From an uncultured Acidobacteriota bacterium (GTDB taxonomy: Bacteria > Acidobacteriota > Thermoanaerobaculia > UBA5066 > DATFVB01): 64,000 nucleotides of DNA. Location: assembly GCA_963813155.1 (NCBI GenBank), contig CAWEYG010000003.1, positions 928,001 through 992,000 of the forward strand. Direction: 5' to 3'. Positions within the stretch are counted from its first letter, which is position 1. Every line of letters begins with the position of its first letter. Below the pieces are notes generated by a model. That model ran no database searches. It had not been told where the DNA came from and worked only from the letters and a program-made list of their open reading frames with translations. A program made the position numbers and the translations under genes. Shown piece after piece: positions 28,351-38,965 of this stretch.

Positions 28351-28647
28351 ATGAACTCGACACGAAAGATGGCGGTGGCGTTTGCGGCGCTTTACGTCGC
28401 GCTCGCGCTGCTGCAGGGCCCGGCGTGGGGAAAGCCCCTCTGGGTGAAAAAAGTCAAGGACCTGGGCTATCCGGCGCAGAATTGCCTCTATTGCCACTCC
28501 GAAAAACTTCCGAAGAAGGATTCGTTCAAGCCGGATCAGTTGAACGACCGCGGAAAATGGCTCTTCGCGAAGAAGCAGGAGCTGAAGGCGAACGAAGTCG
28601 ACGTGGAATGGTTGAAGGACTATCCCGGAGGTAAGGAGCAGAAGTGA
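28351..28647 (+). CDS. small secreted monoheme cytochrome c
   Basis: Signal peptide, CLYCH, AGGAGG RBS. Confidence 0.8.
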   Translation: MNSTRKMAVAFAALYVALALLQGPAWGKPLWVKKVKDLGYPAQNCLYCHSEKLPKKDSFKPDQLNDRGKWLFAKKQELKANEVDVEWLKDYPGGKEQK

Positions 28648-29285
28648 GCCTGGGCGCGGTCCACCCCACCGGGTGGATTGGAACGTCCACGGAGTGGGCG
28701 CAAGGCCTCGGCATCGCGCTCGTTCTCATCGACCTCGGCCTTGCTCCTGGGAACGTGGATCGCTTCCCACCGTCGGGGGCTCACGTCGCATCTCAAGCAA
28801 AACCTCGTTCTGGGAATCGCGGTCCTTCCGATCGCCGTCGTCTTTCTCGGTTACTCGTACGGGCTCGAGAAATCCAAGAGCGTCGAAGCCTGCGGCGCTT
28901 GCCACGTGATGACCGCCTACGTCGCCGATCTCCGGATCCCGCGAGCGATTCGCTGGCCGCCACCCACTACAAGAACCGTTACATTCAGGAGAATCACTGC
29001 TATACCTGCCACAGCGATTACGGAATGTTCGGGACCGTGAAGGCCAAGTGGGAGGGGCTCGGGCATGTGGTCCATTACACGCTGCACGATTACAAGCTGC
29101 CGTTGAAGATCCATCATCCCTACTCGAACCTGCGTTGCCTCGGTTGCCACGGCGAGTCTCAAAAGTTTCTCGACCCGAAGAAGCATTCCGCCGAAGACCA
29201 GCGAAACCTGATCGCCGGCCAGATGTCCTGTCTCGACTGCCACGGCCCCGCTCATCCCAAGTTCGAGTTGAAGGCATCCCGATGA
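28644..29285 (+). CDS. NapC/NirT (CymA-like) membrane tetraheme cytochrome c (frameshifts near 28745 and 28938)
   Basis: N-terminal TM helices; SKSVEACGACHVM in one frame, then CYTCH, CLGCH, CLDCH. Confidence 0.75.
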   Translation: MSLGAVHPTGWIGTSTEWAQGLGIALVLIDLGLAPGNVDRFPPSGAHVASQAKPRSGNRGPSDRRRLSRLLVRAREIQERRSLRRLPRDDRLRRRSPDPASDSLAATHYKNRYIQENHCYTCHSDYGMFGTVKAKWEGLGHVVHYTLHDYKLPLKIHHPYSNLRCLGCHGESQKFLDPKKHSAEDQRNLIAGQMSCLDCHGPAHPKFELKASR

Positions 29286-29491
29286 CGGAAACTCCCCGTC
29301 CTTCCGCCCTCGATCGCGCGTCGATCGCTTTCACCGTCGCGGGGCTCCTCGTGTGTCTCGCTCTTCTCGTTCGCGAGACTCCCTATACCCTGACGGCGTT
29401 CATGTTCCTGGCGCAGCCGCTCATCGCCGTGGGGTTCCTGCTGTTCGTGGTTCGCGTCGTTCGCGACCTGCGCCGCAAAGACCTGATCTAG
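29282..29491 (+). CDS. small two-TM membrane protein
   Basis: 69 aa, two hydrophobic segments, ATGA overlap with the tetraheme gene. Confidence 0.6.
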   Translation: MTETPRPSALDRASIAFTVAGLLVCLALLVRETPYTLTAFMFLAQPLIAVGFLLFVVRVVRDLRRKDLI

Positions 29492-29517
29492 AGATTGCGT
29501 CCCCTGCACCGGGAGCC

Positions 29518-31456
29518 CTACTGGTGCCAGCGCAGGAAAATGCCGTAGCGGTTCGCGTCGTACGAACCGAGGCCGTTCTCCGCGGCCAGGGACTCCCGGT
29601 ACTTGTCCCGTCGCCACTCGGCGATGAACGACGCATTCTTCGTCACGTCGACCGAGGCGCGGATGCTCGCGCGGTCGATCTTGAACGGGAACGAACCGTC
29701 GTTCTCGGAACTGTCCGTACGCGCCGTCGATCGAGACGGGAGATAGCAGGAGCGAGAGGCCGCCCTCGAGGGAACGGCCGTCTTCCTTGTGAATCGAGCG
29801 GTCCGGGGCGAGGGTCTGAGGAACGACGAACAGGATCTTGCTGTCTGCCTGATATTTCTCGGCGGAAAGGTGCAGGCGAATGAACTTTGGCCGGCCACCC
29901 CTCGACGGTCCCCCCGTACTGGCGGATCCGGCCGTCGTAGCCGATCCCCGTCCTGTCGTTCGAGGCGTCGATCTGCTCGGCGGTCGCGCTCAGCTGGAAG
30001 ACCTGCTTCAGGCTCCACGCCGCGCGAAGGCGATACCGATCGCGGTCGAGGAAGTCCGTTCGAAGGACGGGTTCGTCGGCGCGCTCGCGGCGGTAATCGG
30101 CTCCGAGCGTCACGCCGCTCTGCGAAAAGGTCGCCCCGGCGTCGAGTGTCTTGATCTTTCGATGAAACGTCCCGCCCTGTCCGCCGGGAAGGACGATTTC
30201 CGACGGGTCTTCGTCGACGGTGACGTCCTGATTCGTCTGCGACCATCCGGCCCGCACCGCGAAGGGTCCGAATCGGCGAGCCTCGATCCTCGCGTCGAAC
30301 ACCTCGTCGGTCCGTTCGATCGCGGTGTCGGCCTGCAGGACCGAGAGAAGATTCTTCGGGTCCACGCCGCCGAACGTCACCGAGTCGAGATACAGGCTGG
30401 AGACGAGCGCGAAGCCGTCGAGCTCGGTGTGGTTCTTCGAGTAGCCGGCGATGAAGTCGATCCCTTCGGCGAGGTTCGCCTCGACCCGGCCGCTTCCCCG
30501 CCACATCGTGTTGCGGGCGCGGGCGGACGTCGTGTCGGAGAGGCCGCCGAAGAACCGGCTGATCTCGAACGACACGAGGTTTCCGGAGAGATCTTCCGCG
30601 GACGACGTGTCGGCCTCCGCCGCGGCATGGATGTACGAGCCGACGAGCTTGATTCGATCGCCGAGCCTTCCGGTTACGTACGCGCTCGTCACCGGCGTGT
30701 TCGCGTCGTCTTTCGTCGTTCGGTTGAAATCGTTCAGGGAAACGGGCACCCCGAGGACCGTTCCCGGGTCGTTGCCGTTCCCGGCCCCCGCCACGAGACC
30801 CTGGGTCTCGACTTCGTGGAGCTTCCTCCAGCCCTGGATGACCTGCCCCGAGATCGGCCCGGCGTCGAACGCCGCGCCGACCCGGAATTCCTCGTCCCGG
30901 TCGTCGAGCCGGTCGGTGAGACGGAACTCGTCCTCCCCGACATGGTAAGTGTTTCGGCCCGGCCCCTCGTCGCGGTTCCGCGTGTATCCGAGGATCGGCG
31001 TGATCACGGCGCCGGGGAACAGCCTCAACTCGACGTCGAGAACGTTGCGAGTCCGGCTGTACGTCTGTTCGCCCGGCACGATCCCGTCGCCGAGAAGCGG
31101 ATTCGCGAAACCGGGAAGAGCGCTGTAGAGCTCCGTTCGCCGATAGCTCAGTTGAAGGTCGTACTTGCCCGAGAGGCCCGAGCGGACGTTCAGCGACCCG
31201 GCCGGACCCGCGCCGAGGTCGCTCGCGTCGACGCGGAACGTGTCGAAGAATGAGGTCGGTCCGGGTGCGGTCACCAGGAAGGACCGCAGAAGGAATCCTT
31301 CTCGCTCGTTGATCTGGCTGCGGTACATCTGCTCGTTGCCGGAGACGTCGACGAAGCGGTATCCCATCTCGAGGTCGAGAGGAAGGGCCTGCGCGGAGAC
31401 AAAGCGTCCCGCGCGACCGCGACAGCGGCGGCGAAGAGGCGGCGGGCGTTCTTCAT
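29518..31456 (-). CDS. mtrB: MtrB/PioB-like outer-membrane beta-barrel (frameshifts near 31420, 29880, 29700)
   Basis: Follows the decaheme gene; GYRFVDVSGNEQMYRSQIN start; alternating beta-strand pattern; ends YGIFLRWHQ. Confidence 0.7.
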
Positions 31457-31466
31457 CTGTTCTCTC

Positions 31467-32402
31467 TCACTTCAGGAGCGTCGGCGACCGGTTCGAGCCG
31501 TGGATCGCCGTGTGGCAGGTCGTGCAGTTCTGGTATCGCGGCAGCAGGAGGTTGTGAAACGACGGCGGCTGCGATCCCAGCGTCGTCGCCGTCAGATTCG
31601 AGTGGCACTCGAGGCAGAGCTGGTCGACCCGGGCGCGGATCAGCTGCCGCGGGTTCGACGAGCCGTGCGGCTGATGACAGCTCATGCAGTCTCCGGCCAC
31701 GCCCGAGACGTGCTCGAAGACGAACGGTCCGCGTTTCTCCGCATGGCAGGACACGCACGGCAACTCGTCCGCCCGGGTGCGGCGGAGCGCCGACTCGCCG
31801 CGCTTTCCGTGCGGGTCGTGGCAGGAAGCGCAGTTCATTCCTCCCTCGAGGCGATGCGCGAACGGCTTGTCGCGGAACGACGCGGCCTGGCCCGGATGGC
31901 AGGAGGCGCAGAGAACGACCGATTCCTTCTTGAGAAGAGAGGCCGCCTTCGGTTCCGACGCGTGCAGGGAATGGCAGCTCAGGCAATTGACCGCCGCGGA
32001 GTTGGCGTGAACGCTGTTTCGGCGGGAGCGATGGTCCGTCGTCTGGTCGTGGCAGGTCAGGCAGAACGCCGCGCCGTCGGGACCGCGCATCGGGCGGGCA
32101 ACGGGCTTCTCGCCGGACGAGGCGACATGCTCCGCCGTCTCGCCGTGGCACGTCGCGCAGACGGCGTCTCCCGTGATCCCTTTCTTCGCGAGACTCAGAA
32201 GATGCCCGTGCGGATTCCGCGCAAAGACTTTCGCTTCGTCGTGGCAGTCGGCGCACGCGACCGTCTCCACTTTCGCCGGGGCCGGAGCTTCGACAGGGGG
32301 AGTCGGCTTGTCCGCCGCCTGCTCGGCTGCAAGCAGAGAAAGAGAGGCGGCGCCGAGTCCGAAGACCAGGAACGCCGCCAGGACTCCCCGATTGCTCTTC
32401 AT
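31467..32402 (-). CDS. mtrA: MtrA/DmsE family periplasmic decaheme cytochrome c
   Basis: Signal peptide; 10 CxxCH; CHAEKRGPFVFEH, CHQPHGS, CTTCHTAIHGSN signature. Confidence 0.88.
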   Translation of the reverse strand: MKSNRGVLAAFLVFGLGAASLSLLAAEQAADKPTPPVEAPAPAKVETVACADCHDEAKVFARNPHGHLLSLAKKGITGDAVCATCHGETAEHVASSGEKPVARPMRGPDGAAFCLTCHDQTTDHRSRRNSVHANSAAVNCLSCHSLHASEPKAASLLKKESVVLCASCHPGQAASFRDKPFAHRLEGGMNCASCHDPHGKRGESALRRTRADELPCVSCHAEKRGPFVFEHVSGVAGDCMSCHQPHGSSNPRQLIRARVDQLCLECHSNLTATTLGSQPPSFHNLLLPRYQNCTTCHTAIHGSNRSPTLLK

Positions 32403-32433
32403 TTCGCCCTCTTCGATCCGACGCGCCTCCGGA

Positions 32434-34546
32434 CTATCGAGCGTGGACCTTGTCGACCGCGAAGTCGTCGTCGGCCGCGTGGCACGACGCGCAGGACTTC
32501 GCCGAAGGGCGCGGTCATCACGAACGCGTGAGCCGCCGCTTCCTGGGTGTCGTGGCAACCCAGGCAGGCCGCCGCCGTCGTCTGCTGGGGCGTGTACCAC
32601 TCCTGCGGCGGAGGAGGAGTCTGAACCGCGAGGTTCGTCAGCGGCAGCGGGGGCGTGTACGTTCCCGCCAGGTGGCACTTCTGGCAATCGCGCAGATCAC
32701 CGGGAAAACGCACGTCGTTGAAGTTGTTCACGCTTCCGCCGAATCCGTAGATCGTGAAGTCCTTCGTGAGGTTCTCGCCCCGGTGAATGTGATGGATCAG
32801 CCGCTGGAACGAGATCGACTCGGGCGAGCCCTTGCCCGCCGGGCGCTGGGAGCCGTCGTTTGCGTTCGGATTGTGGCACGCGACGCACTCTTCGATCACG
32901 AAACGCTGGCCGCCATGGAGCGCGAGCCTGTCGTGGCAGACGTTGCATTTCGCGATGTCGACGACGGCGCGGCGGGGAACCGGGCTTGCGTCGGTCACCG
33001 GGAAATAGAAGATGGGATTGGTCGCGCCTTCGGTGACGGACGGATTCTGGTCCGAGTCGCCGACGTTGATCATCACGGTGCGACGGACGTCCATGCTCGC
33101 GAGCCATGTCCCGGAGGCGCTCTGCGGCAGAGCCTCTTTCAGCGTGTACGTGGCGATCGTTCCGTTGAAAGACGCGCCGTCGGCTCGCTCGCGGAACGGG
33201 GACGCGAGGCTGTAGTCGACCGTCGGGCCGCCGACGACGACGTTGACGTTCGAGCCGAGCGTCTTCGGATCGACGACGGTGCCGTCGTTGTTCGTGATCT
33301 TGAACGTGACCGTCGGCGTCTGGCCCGGCTGCGAGTTCGTGACGCTCAGGATCTGGGCGTTCAGCCCCTTGAGCTGAGTCGACTTGAGCGGAATCGTGTG
33401 GGCGCCGATGACGGATGCATCGAACTCGACCCCCTGGGGCTGATGGCACGTTGCGCACTTCGTGTCGTCGAGTTGAATCCCCCCCTTGTGATTCGCGCCG
33501 GTCACGAAATTCAGGTCGTCGTGGCACGAGCCGCACGCGGCGGCCCCGGGATACGTGTAGTAGTTCGGGCCCTGCGTGGCGGAAGCCACGTGGCACTTCG
33601 TGCAATTGCGGACGTCCTGGGGAAACTCGACAGTCGAGAAGTCGTTCACGCTCTGGCCGAACCCGATGATCTGGTACGGAGTGCCGGCCTGGACGCTCGG
33701 CAGGTTCGCGCCGTCGTGGATCTTGTGGATCAGGACCTTGAAGTCGACGGTGTTTCCCGTGTCCGGGTCGACGGTCTGGGGCTGGTGGCAAAGGACGCAG
33801 AGCTTGACGTCCTGGCGCGCTCCGCCGTGAGCCGAGAGCGGATCGTGGCAGCTGTTGCAGGCGGCGTTGTTCGTTTTGTCCCAGACGTCCGTGACGGCGG
33901 CGCTGTCCGGCCGAAAGTCGAATTCGACGTTCGCGTAGTAATTCTTGTCCAGGATCGCGGGGGTGACCAGGTCGCGCGTCGCGTAGATGCCGAGCGTCGT
34001 GGTCTTCGTCCGGTCGAAGCTCGCGGGAAGGGCCGTCTTGAATCGGTAGGTCGCGTGCCCGAGGCCGAGGTCGGTGAAGCCCGCGTTGCCGGCCGCGTCG
34101 GTGCCCGCCTGAATCGCGGTCACTCCCGGATGCGGGCTCGACGTCGGAGTCGTCACGGTTCGCGTCGTGTACGCGGTGTAGTGTCGTGTCGCCGGATCCC
34201 ACCACGCAAGAATGAAGCTCGGGCTGACGGCGCCCGGCGTGACATTTCCGAGGCGATCGAGCGGCTGGCCCTTGTCGTCGGTCAGCGAAAAGTCGACGAC
34301 GGGCCGGAGATCAGCCGGGATCGTGATGCTGTTGACCGTCACGTGGAGGCCGGGCCGTATGTATCCGATCTGGTCCTCGGACATGTAGAGCTCGGCATCG
34401 TTCGGGCTGTAGACCTTTCGCGCGTTGGCGGAGCCGCTCCTTCCGCCGAAAGTCGGGAGGTTGGGGTTCACCACGCCGAGGCGAACCGGAACAGCAATGC
34501 CGGCCGCCGAAACCCCGAGGAAGATGGCCCGTTTGAAAAAATGCAT
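32434..34546 (-). CDS. mtrC: OmcA/MtrC family decaheme cytochrome c (frameshift near 32505)
   Basis: 5+5 heme arrangement separated by beta-rich domains; CNSCHDPLSAHGG, LIHKIH, RRAVVDIAKCNVCH, LIHHIH; the 10th heme ESCASCH and stop at 32434 appear after a 1-nt correction. Confidence 0.85.
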
Positions 34547-34598
34547 GACCAACCTCCAAACCTGCCGCAAGTCTGCGCCGGACCCGCCCGGACAAGCA

Positions 34599-34614
34599 TG
34601 ATGCAATCGAATTA
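34599..34614 (-). promoter_or_regulatory. candidate regulator box TAATT-CGATTG-CATCA upstream of mtrC
   Basis: Conserved TTGCATCA half; CAGACT -10-like hexamer 23 nt downstream. Confidence 0.5.
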
Positions 34615-34756
34615 GTTGTTTGGGACCGGAGCGGGTCGCTCTGTCGCATTTATCCTACGCCCGATCTCACGGCTTTTGTTCGGATCGGTCCAGCGTCGGA
34701 CGGCCGTTTTCGCTCAAATCGCTTGAAACAATCGACCTCTCGTCCACCCGGGGTCG

Positions 34757-35893
34757 TCAGGCCCGCAGGCGAGACGGGAAATCGATCACTTTCGCGCCGA
34801 GGAGCCGCTTGATCGACCGGAGAGCGTCCAGCTCCGGGAGGGGCGAGATCCGCACGATATCGGCGATGCTGGATCGCCCGTCCATGCGCGAAACGACGAA
34901 CCCGTCCGCGGGGCTCAGCGACAGGCGCTCCAGCGCTTCGACACCGATCGCGACGACCGGCACGTCGCCCGGATGGATCGACTCGTAGATCTCTTTCTTG
35001 AGCCGATCCCCGGACCGGCCGAGCTCCTCGGACAGCCCCGGCAGATCCGGGCTCACCGCGTGCAGCCCTTCGAGGATTTGAACCGCCTTTCCCCAGTCGC
35101 CCCGCTGTCCCGCCGAGACGGCCTCCGCGAGATTCATCTCGAGCCGCTTCCGGCGGTTCGGCGCGGACGTGACATCGCTCGGCCGGGCGGCGCCGGCCGC
35201 GACGAGATTCCAGATGCTTTCCAGAATCGCGTACCGGCTGAAGGGCAGGCTCTCCATGACTTCTTCGACGTTTCGCTGGCCGTCGAGCAGAGGAAGAGAG
35301 TACCGCCCGATTCCCCGGCCGCCGTCGTTCGTGTCGGCCGGCGGAGGAGCTCCGGTCGGCTCGAAGATCGCGCCGGGGTGAATCCGGGTTCGGAGGGCGT
35401 TCCAGCCGTCGACCCGGCGCGTGCCTTCGAGGGCGATCGCGATGGGATCGATACTGATCGACACGAGCTTCGAAGCGGGAAACGCGACCTGTTCGAAATC
35501 GAACGAGCCCTCGTTCCAGAGGAAGATGTCGCAAACGATGTCGAAGGTCTTGTAGGTCAGAGTCGCGACCGCCAGTTCGCTCGTGATCTTCTCCACCATG
35601 ACGAGGATCGCGCCGACCATGATCCCCGTTTCCCGCTGGATCATCAGGGCCTTGTCGACGTCTTCCTCCGTGCAATGGCCGAGCCGAACCAGATATTTCC
35701 CGTAGTAGTCGCGCGGGTCGTTGGAAGCGCACGCGATGATCCGCCCGTCCTGGAGAAAAATCCTGCGCTCGGCGTTCTGGCTCGGATTTCGAGCGGTGAT
35801 GACCCCCGACCGGCGGGCAGTTCGCGCCCATTGAATCAGGTCGGCCATCGACATGCTCGAAAAGCTGCCGGAAAGCGATACGGCGCCGCTCAT
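34757..35893 (-). CDS. DUF4388 (PATAN-like) domain protein
   Basis: LSGSFSSMSMADLIQW...RSG, IFLQDGRI, FLWNEGSFDF; C-terminal FVVSRMDG. Confidence 0.8.
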   Translation of the reverse strand: MSGAVSLSGSFSSMSMADLIQWARTARRSGVITARNPSQNAERRIFLQDGRIIACASNDPRDYYGKYLVRLGHCTEEDVDKALMIQRETGIMVGAILVMVEKITSELAVATLTYKTFDIVCDIFLWNEGSFDFEQVAFPASKLVSISIDPIAIALEGTRRVDGWNALRTRIHPGAIFEPTGAPPPADTNDGGRGIGRYSLPLLDGQRNVEEVMESLPFSRYAILESIWNLVAAGAARPSDVTSAPNRRKRLEMNLAEAVSAGQRGDWGKAVQILEGLHAVSPDLPGLSEELGRSGDRLKKEIYESIHPGDVPVVAIGVEALERLSLSPADGFVVSRMDGRSSIADIVRISPLPELDALRSIKRLLGAKVIDFPSRLRA

Positions 35894-36645
35894 TTTCCGA
35901 GGCGTGCCAGCGGGCGAATTTCGATTCCCGCTTCCTGAAGCCGGGCCCGGATCGCCTTCGCGAACGACGCAGCGCCCGGAGTGTCGCCGTGCAGGCAGAT
36001 CGTCTGAACCCTGACGGAGAGACGCGCGCCGTTCGAAGCCCGTACGGACTCGTCGGCCACGAGAGAAAGCGCCTGCGCGGCCGCCTTTTCGGCCGAATCG
36101 AACACGGCGCCTTCGACTCCCCGGGAAGCGAGCGTCCCGTCTTCCAGGTAGAGCCGGTCGGCAAAACCCTCCCCCGCGACGCGCAACCCCATTCGGCGAG
36201 CCTCGTCGAGGAGAGGCGATCCCGCCTGGCCGACGACGATCCACGCCGGCTGCCGGCGCGCGACTGTCTCGAGGAAGCAGCGCGCGATGTCGCTCCGGCG
36301 ATTGGCCCCGTGGTAGAGCGCTCCGTGCGGCTTGATGTGCGAAAGAACGGCCCCCGTGTCCGAAGCCGCTTCGAGAAGCGAGTCGATCTGTTCGGAGATC
36401 GTCGCGGAGAGCTCTGCAAGCGTCAGCGGCATCTCCCGGCGGCCGAAGTTCTTCCGGTCGGGGAAACCGGGGTGGGCGCCGCACGCGACTCCGAGGCGCC
36501 TGGCCGCGGACAGGGTCGATCGCATCGTCTCCGGGCTGCCGGCATGCGCGCCACAGGCGACGTTGCACGACGTGAGAAAGGGAAGGAGCGCCTCGTCGTC
36601 GAACCCCTCCCCCAGGTCCGCGTTCAGATCGACTTCCCTTCTCAT
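35890..36645 (-). CDS. pxpA: 5-oxoprolinase subunit A (LamB/YcsF)
   Basis: DLNADLGEG, NVACGAHAG, HIKPHGALY, TICLHGD. Confidence 0.93.
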   Translation of the reverse strand: MRREVDLNADLGEGFDDEALLPFLTSCNVACGAHAGSPETMRSTLSAARRLGVACGAHPGFPDRKNFGRREMPLTLAELSATISEQIDSLLEAASDTGAVLSHIKPHGALYHGANRRSDIARCFLETVARRQPAWIVVGQAGSPLLDEARRMGLRVAGEGFADRLYLEDGTLASRGVEGAVFDSAEKAAAQALSLVADESVRASNGARLSVRVQTICLHGDTPGAASFAKAIRARLQEAGIEIRPLARLGK

Positions 36646-37592
36646 TCGGCGCTTCCTTCCAGGATCATTTCCCGTTCGCGCCGCGCCCGCAAGGCTTCCT
36701 CGAGCGTGACTTCCCGGAAGCGGACGACGCCGCCCGGCCGGAGCTGGCCGGCGATTCCCAGATCGGCGGAAATGACCCCGGCAATTCTCGCATAGCCGCC
36801 CGTGACAGGCCCTTCCGGCATGTGCACGATGGGCTCGCCTCCGGGAGGAACCTGAACGGCTCCAGCGACCGATCCCTCGGGAGCCATCTCCGGAAGCGCG
36901 TCCGATCCCCCGGCGACCGCTTCGACCGCCGCCGAAAGCCGCTCTCCCTCGAGGCGCAGGCCCATGCGGTTCGAGCGCGACGAAACCCGAAACTCCGCCT
37001 CGAAAAAGCGGCGGACCGCTTCCGGAGGAAAGCTCTCCCGCTGGGGCCCCGAAATCACCCGCAGCTCGGCCGGGGAGGTCGGGAGCGAGAACGACTCCAA
37101 ACCGCGCGGCCTCGCCGCCGGCCCCTCCAGGACGGCGATCGCGTCGTCTTTCTCGAGCCTGCGTCCCTTCCATCCGCCGAACCCGGCCGATAGGTGCGTC
37201 GATCGGCTGCCCAGGACCTCCGGGACATCGACGCCTCCCGCGAGCGCGAGGTAGGTTCGAAAGCCGGCTCGGGCAGCGCCGAACTCGAGAACGTCTCCCG
37301 CGGCAAGCTGCCCGGAAGAGGCCGGATCGAACACCGAACCGTTCCGGAGAACCGGCATGTCCGCTCCCGCGACGGCGATTCGGATTTCCTTCACGACCTC
37401 GAAGCGGGCTCCCGAGGCGGTCATCTCCAGAAGCGCGGCCCCTTCCGGGTTGCCGGCCCGGGCGTTCGCGAGGCGCGCCGAGTAAGGGTCCGCCGCGCCG
37501 GACGGAGCGATTCCCCACCGCCGGCAACGGGGCCTCCCGAGGTCCTGGACGGTCGTCAGCAGTCCCGCGTGGAGCACGCGAAGCGCGATCAC
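36642..37592 (-). CDS. pxpC: 5-oxoprolinase subunit C
   Basis: TTVQDLGR, LGSRST, SNRMGLRL, GAVQVPPGGEP, TGGY. Confidence 0.9.
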   Translation of the reverse strand: MIALRVLHAGLLTTVQDLGRPRCRRWGIAPSGAADPYSARLANARAGNPEGAALLEMTASGARFEVVKEIRIAVAGADMPVLRNGSVFDPASSGQLAAGDVLEFGAARAGFRTYLALAGGVDVPEVLGSRSTHLSAGFGGWKGRRLEKDDAIAVLEGPAARPRGLESFSLPTSPAELRVISGPQRESFPPEAVRRFFEAEFRVSSRSNRMGLRLEGERLSAAVEAVAGGSDALPEMAPEGSVAGAVQVPPGGEPIVHMPEGPVTGGYARIAGVISADLGIAGQLRPGGVVRFREVTLEEALRARREREMILEGSAE

Positions 37593-38317
37593 GGCCAGGC
37601 TCCGCCGTCCGCGAGCGCTCCGAATCGCCATTCCTCGATCGGAACGAACTTCACGCGGTCTCCGGCCCAGAGCCGCACCGGCGGATTTCGCGACGGCTCG
37701 AAAAGCGGCAGCGGAGTGCGGCCGATCAACCGCCAGCCCCCGGGCGTCGTCGAGGGGTAAATCCCGGTGTACGAGCCGCCGATCGCGACCGAGCCCCACG
37801 GAACGGACAGGCGAGGAGTCTCGAGACGGGGAGACGCGAGCGACTCCGGCAGGCCCGTCAGGTAAGCGAATCCGGGAGTGAAGCCGAGGAACGCGACCCG
37901 GTATTCCGCCGCGGAATGAACCTGCGCAAAATCTCCGGCGCCCATTCCCCTTGCCGCCGCGACTTCCTCGAGGTCGATCCCGGCGTTGGACCCGTAGCAG
38001 ACCGGAATCTCGTGCAGCCGCGGAGCGGGAAGCGCCGCGAAGTCGTTCTCCCAGAACCGCGCCAGGCGCAGGGCGGAGGACCGGTCGAACCGGAGCGGGT
38101 CGAAAACGACGAGCACGCTCCGGGCGCCGACGACGCACTCTTCGAAGCCGGGGAGCGGCGTCCGGTCGAGCCGTTCCGCGATCGATCTCGCCTTCCGGTT
38201 GGCGTCGAGGTCGGATGCGGCGGGCCAATCGAGGAGCAGCGCCCCGTCGCCGAGCGGGCGCGTTCGGCGTCCGTCCCGCGACGGCTCGGTGCTGGATTCG
38301 TCTTCGGACTTGCGCAT
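37589..38317 (-). CDS. pxpB: 5-oxoprolinase subunit B
   Basis: PLGDGALL, IPVCYG, FLGFTPGFAYL, YPSTTPGGWRLIGRT. Confidence 0.92.
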   Translation of the reverse strand: MRKSEDESSTEPSRDGRRTRPLGDGALLLDWPAASDLDANRKARSIAERLDRTPLPGFEECVVGARSVLVVFDPLRFDRSSALRLARFWENDFAALPAPRLHEIPVCYGSNAGIDLEEVAAARGMGAGDFAQVHSAAEYRVAFLGFTPGFAYLTGLPESLASPRLETPRLSVPWGSVAIGGSYTGIYPSTTPGGWRLIGRTPLPLFEPSRNPPVRLWAGDRVKFVPIEEWRFGALADGGAWP

Positions 38318-38363
38318 CTCGGGAAACCGGGACGCGAGTCTAGCAGGCCCTTCTGTCGGTGAT

Positions 38364-38906
38364 CTATCCGTGAGGAGGCGGGGGCGGAGGCGGGGACTCG
38401 AGCATCGGCGCGGGCCCCTCGGGAACGTTCGTCGGAGCCGGGCCCTCCGGGACGTTCGTCGGGGCGGGACCTTCGTACACCTTGCCCGAAGGAGGAAACG
38501 CGAACGTCCTGCCGACCCGGTAGTCGTTTGGCGACGCCGGATACGGTTCCCCGACTCCGGGTCGATAGGGGCTCTGTTTCAACAGCTCATCGGGTTTTCG
38601 ACGGCGCGCCGCGTGAAGTTGCTCCGCGACGACTTTCTGGTTCCGGGCAGCGGCGGCCGGAGAGGTCGGACCGAGCACGACGGCATCGCCCGGTTTTCCG
38701 GGCATCGCCGCCTGCCGAATCCGCGCGACGTCCGAAACCCGGATGCTCATCAAGGTTCCGTCCGCGGTCCGGAAGACGTACCGTCCGGATCGCTCGCCAG
38801 GCTTCGCCGCCGACCAGTACGTCACTCCCCCCTTCAGGTCGATTCGATAGGAAGCAGGAGAGGCGGGGAGGAGAAGGATCGCGATCAGACCCAGCATCGC
38901 CTTCAT
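38364..38906 (-). CDS. secreted hypothetical protein with Pro-rich repetitive tail
   Basis: Signal peptide MKAMLGLIAILLLPASPA; EGPAPTNVP repeats and poly-Pro. Confidence 0.65.
   Translation of the reverse strand: MKAMLGLIAILLLPASPASYRIDLKGGVTYWSAAKPGERSGRYVFRTADGTLMSIRVSDVARIRQAAMPGKPGDAVVLGPTSPAAAARNQKVVAEQLHAARRRKPDELLKQSPYRPGVGEPYPASPNDYRVGRTFAFPPSGKVYEGPAPTNVPEGPAPTNVPEGPAPMLESPPPPPPPHG
38406..38475 (-). repeat. 27-bp coding tandem repeat (EGPAPTNVP, about 2.5 copies)
   Basis: Visible in both DNA and protein. Confidence 0.7.
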
Positions 38907-38965
38907 GAAGTTTCCAACTCCTTGCCGGAGAAAGAAATTCCCCCGGGACGCCATAGAATGCCGCG

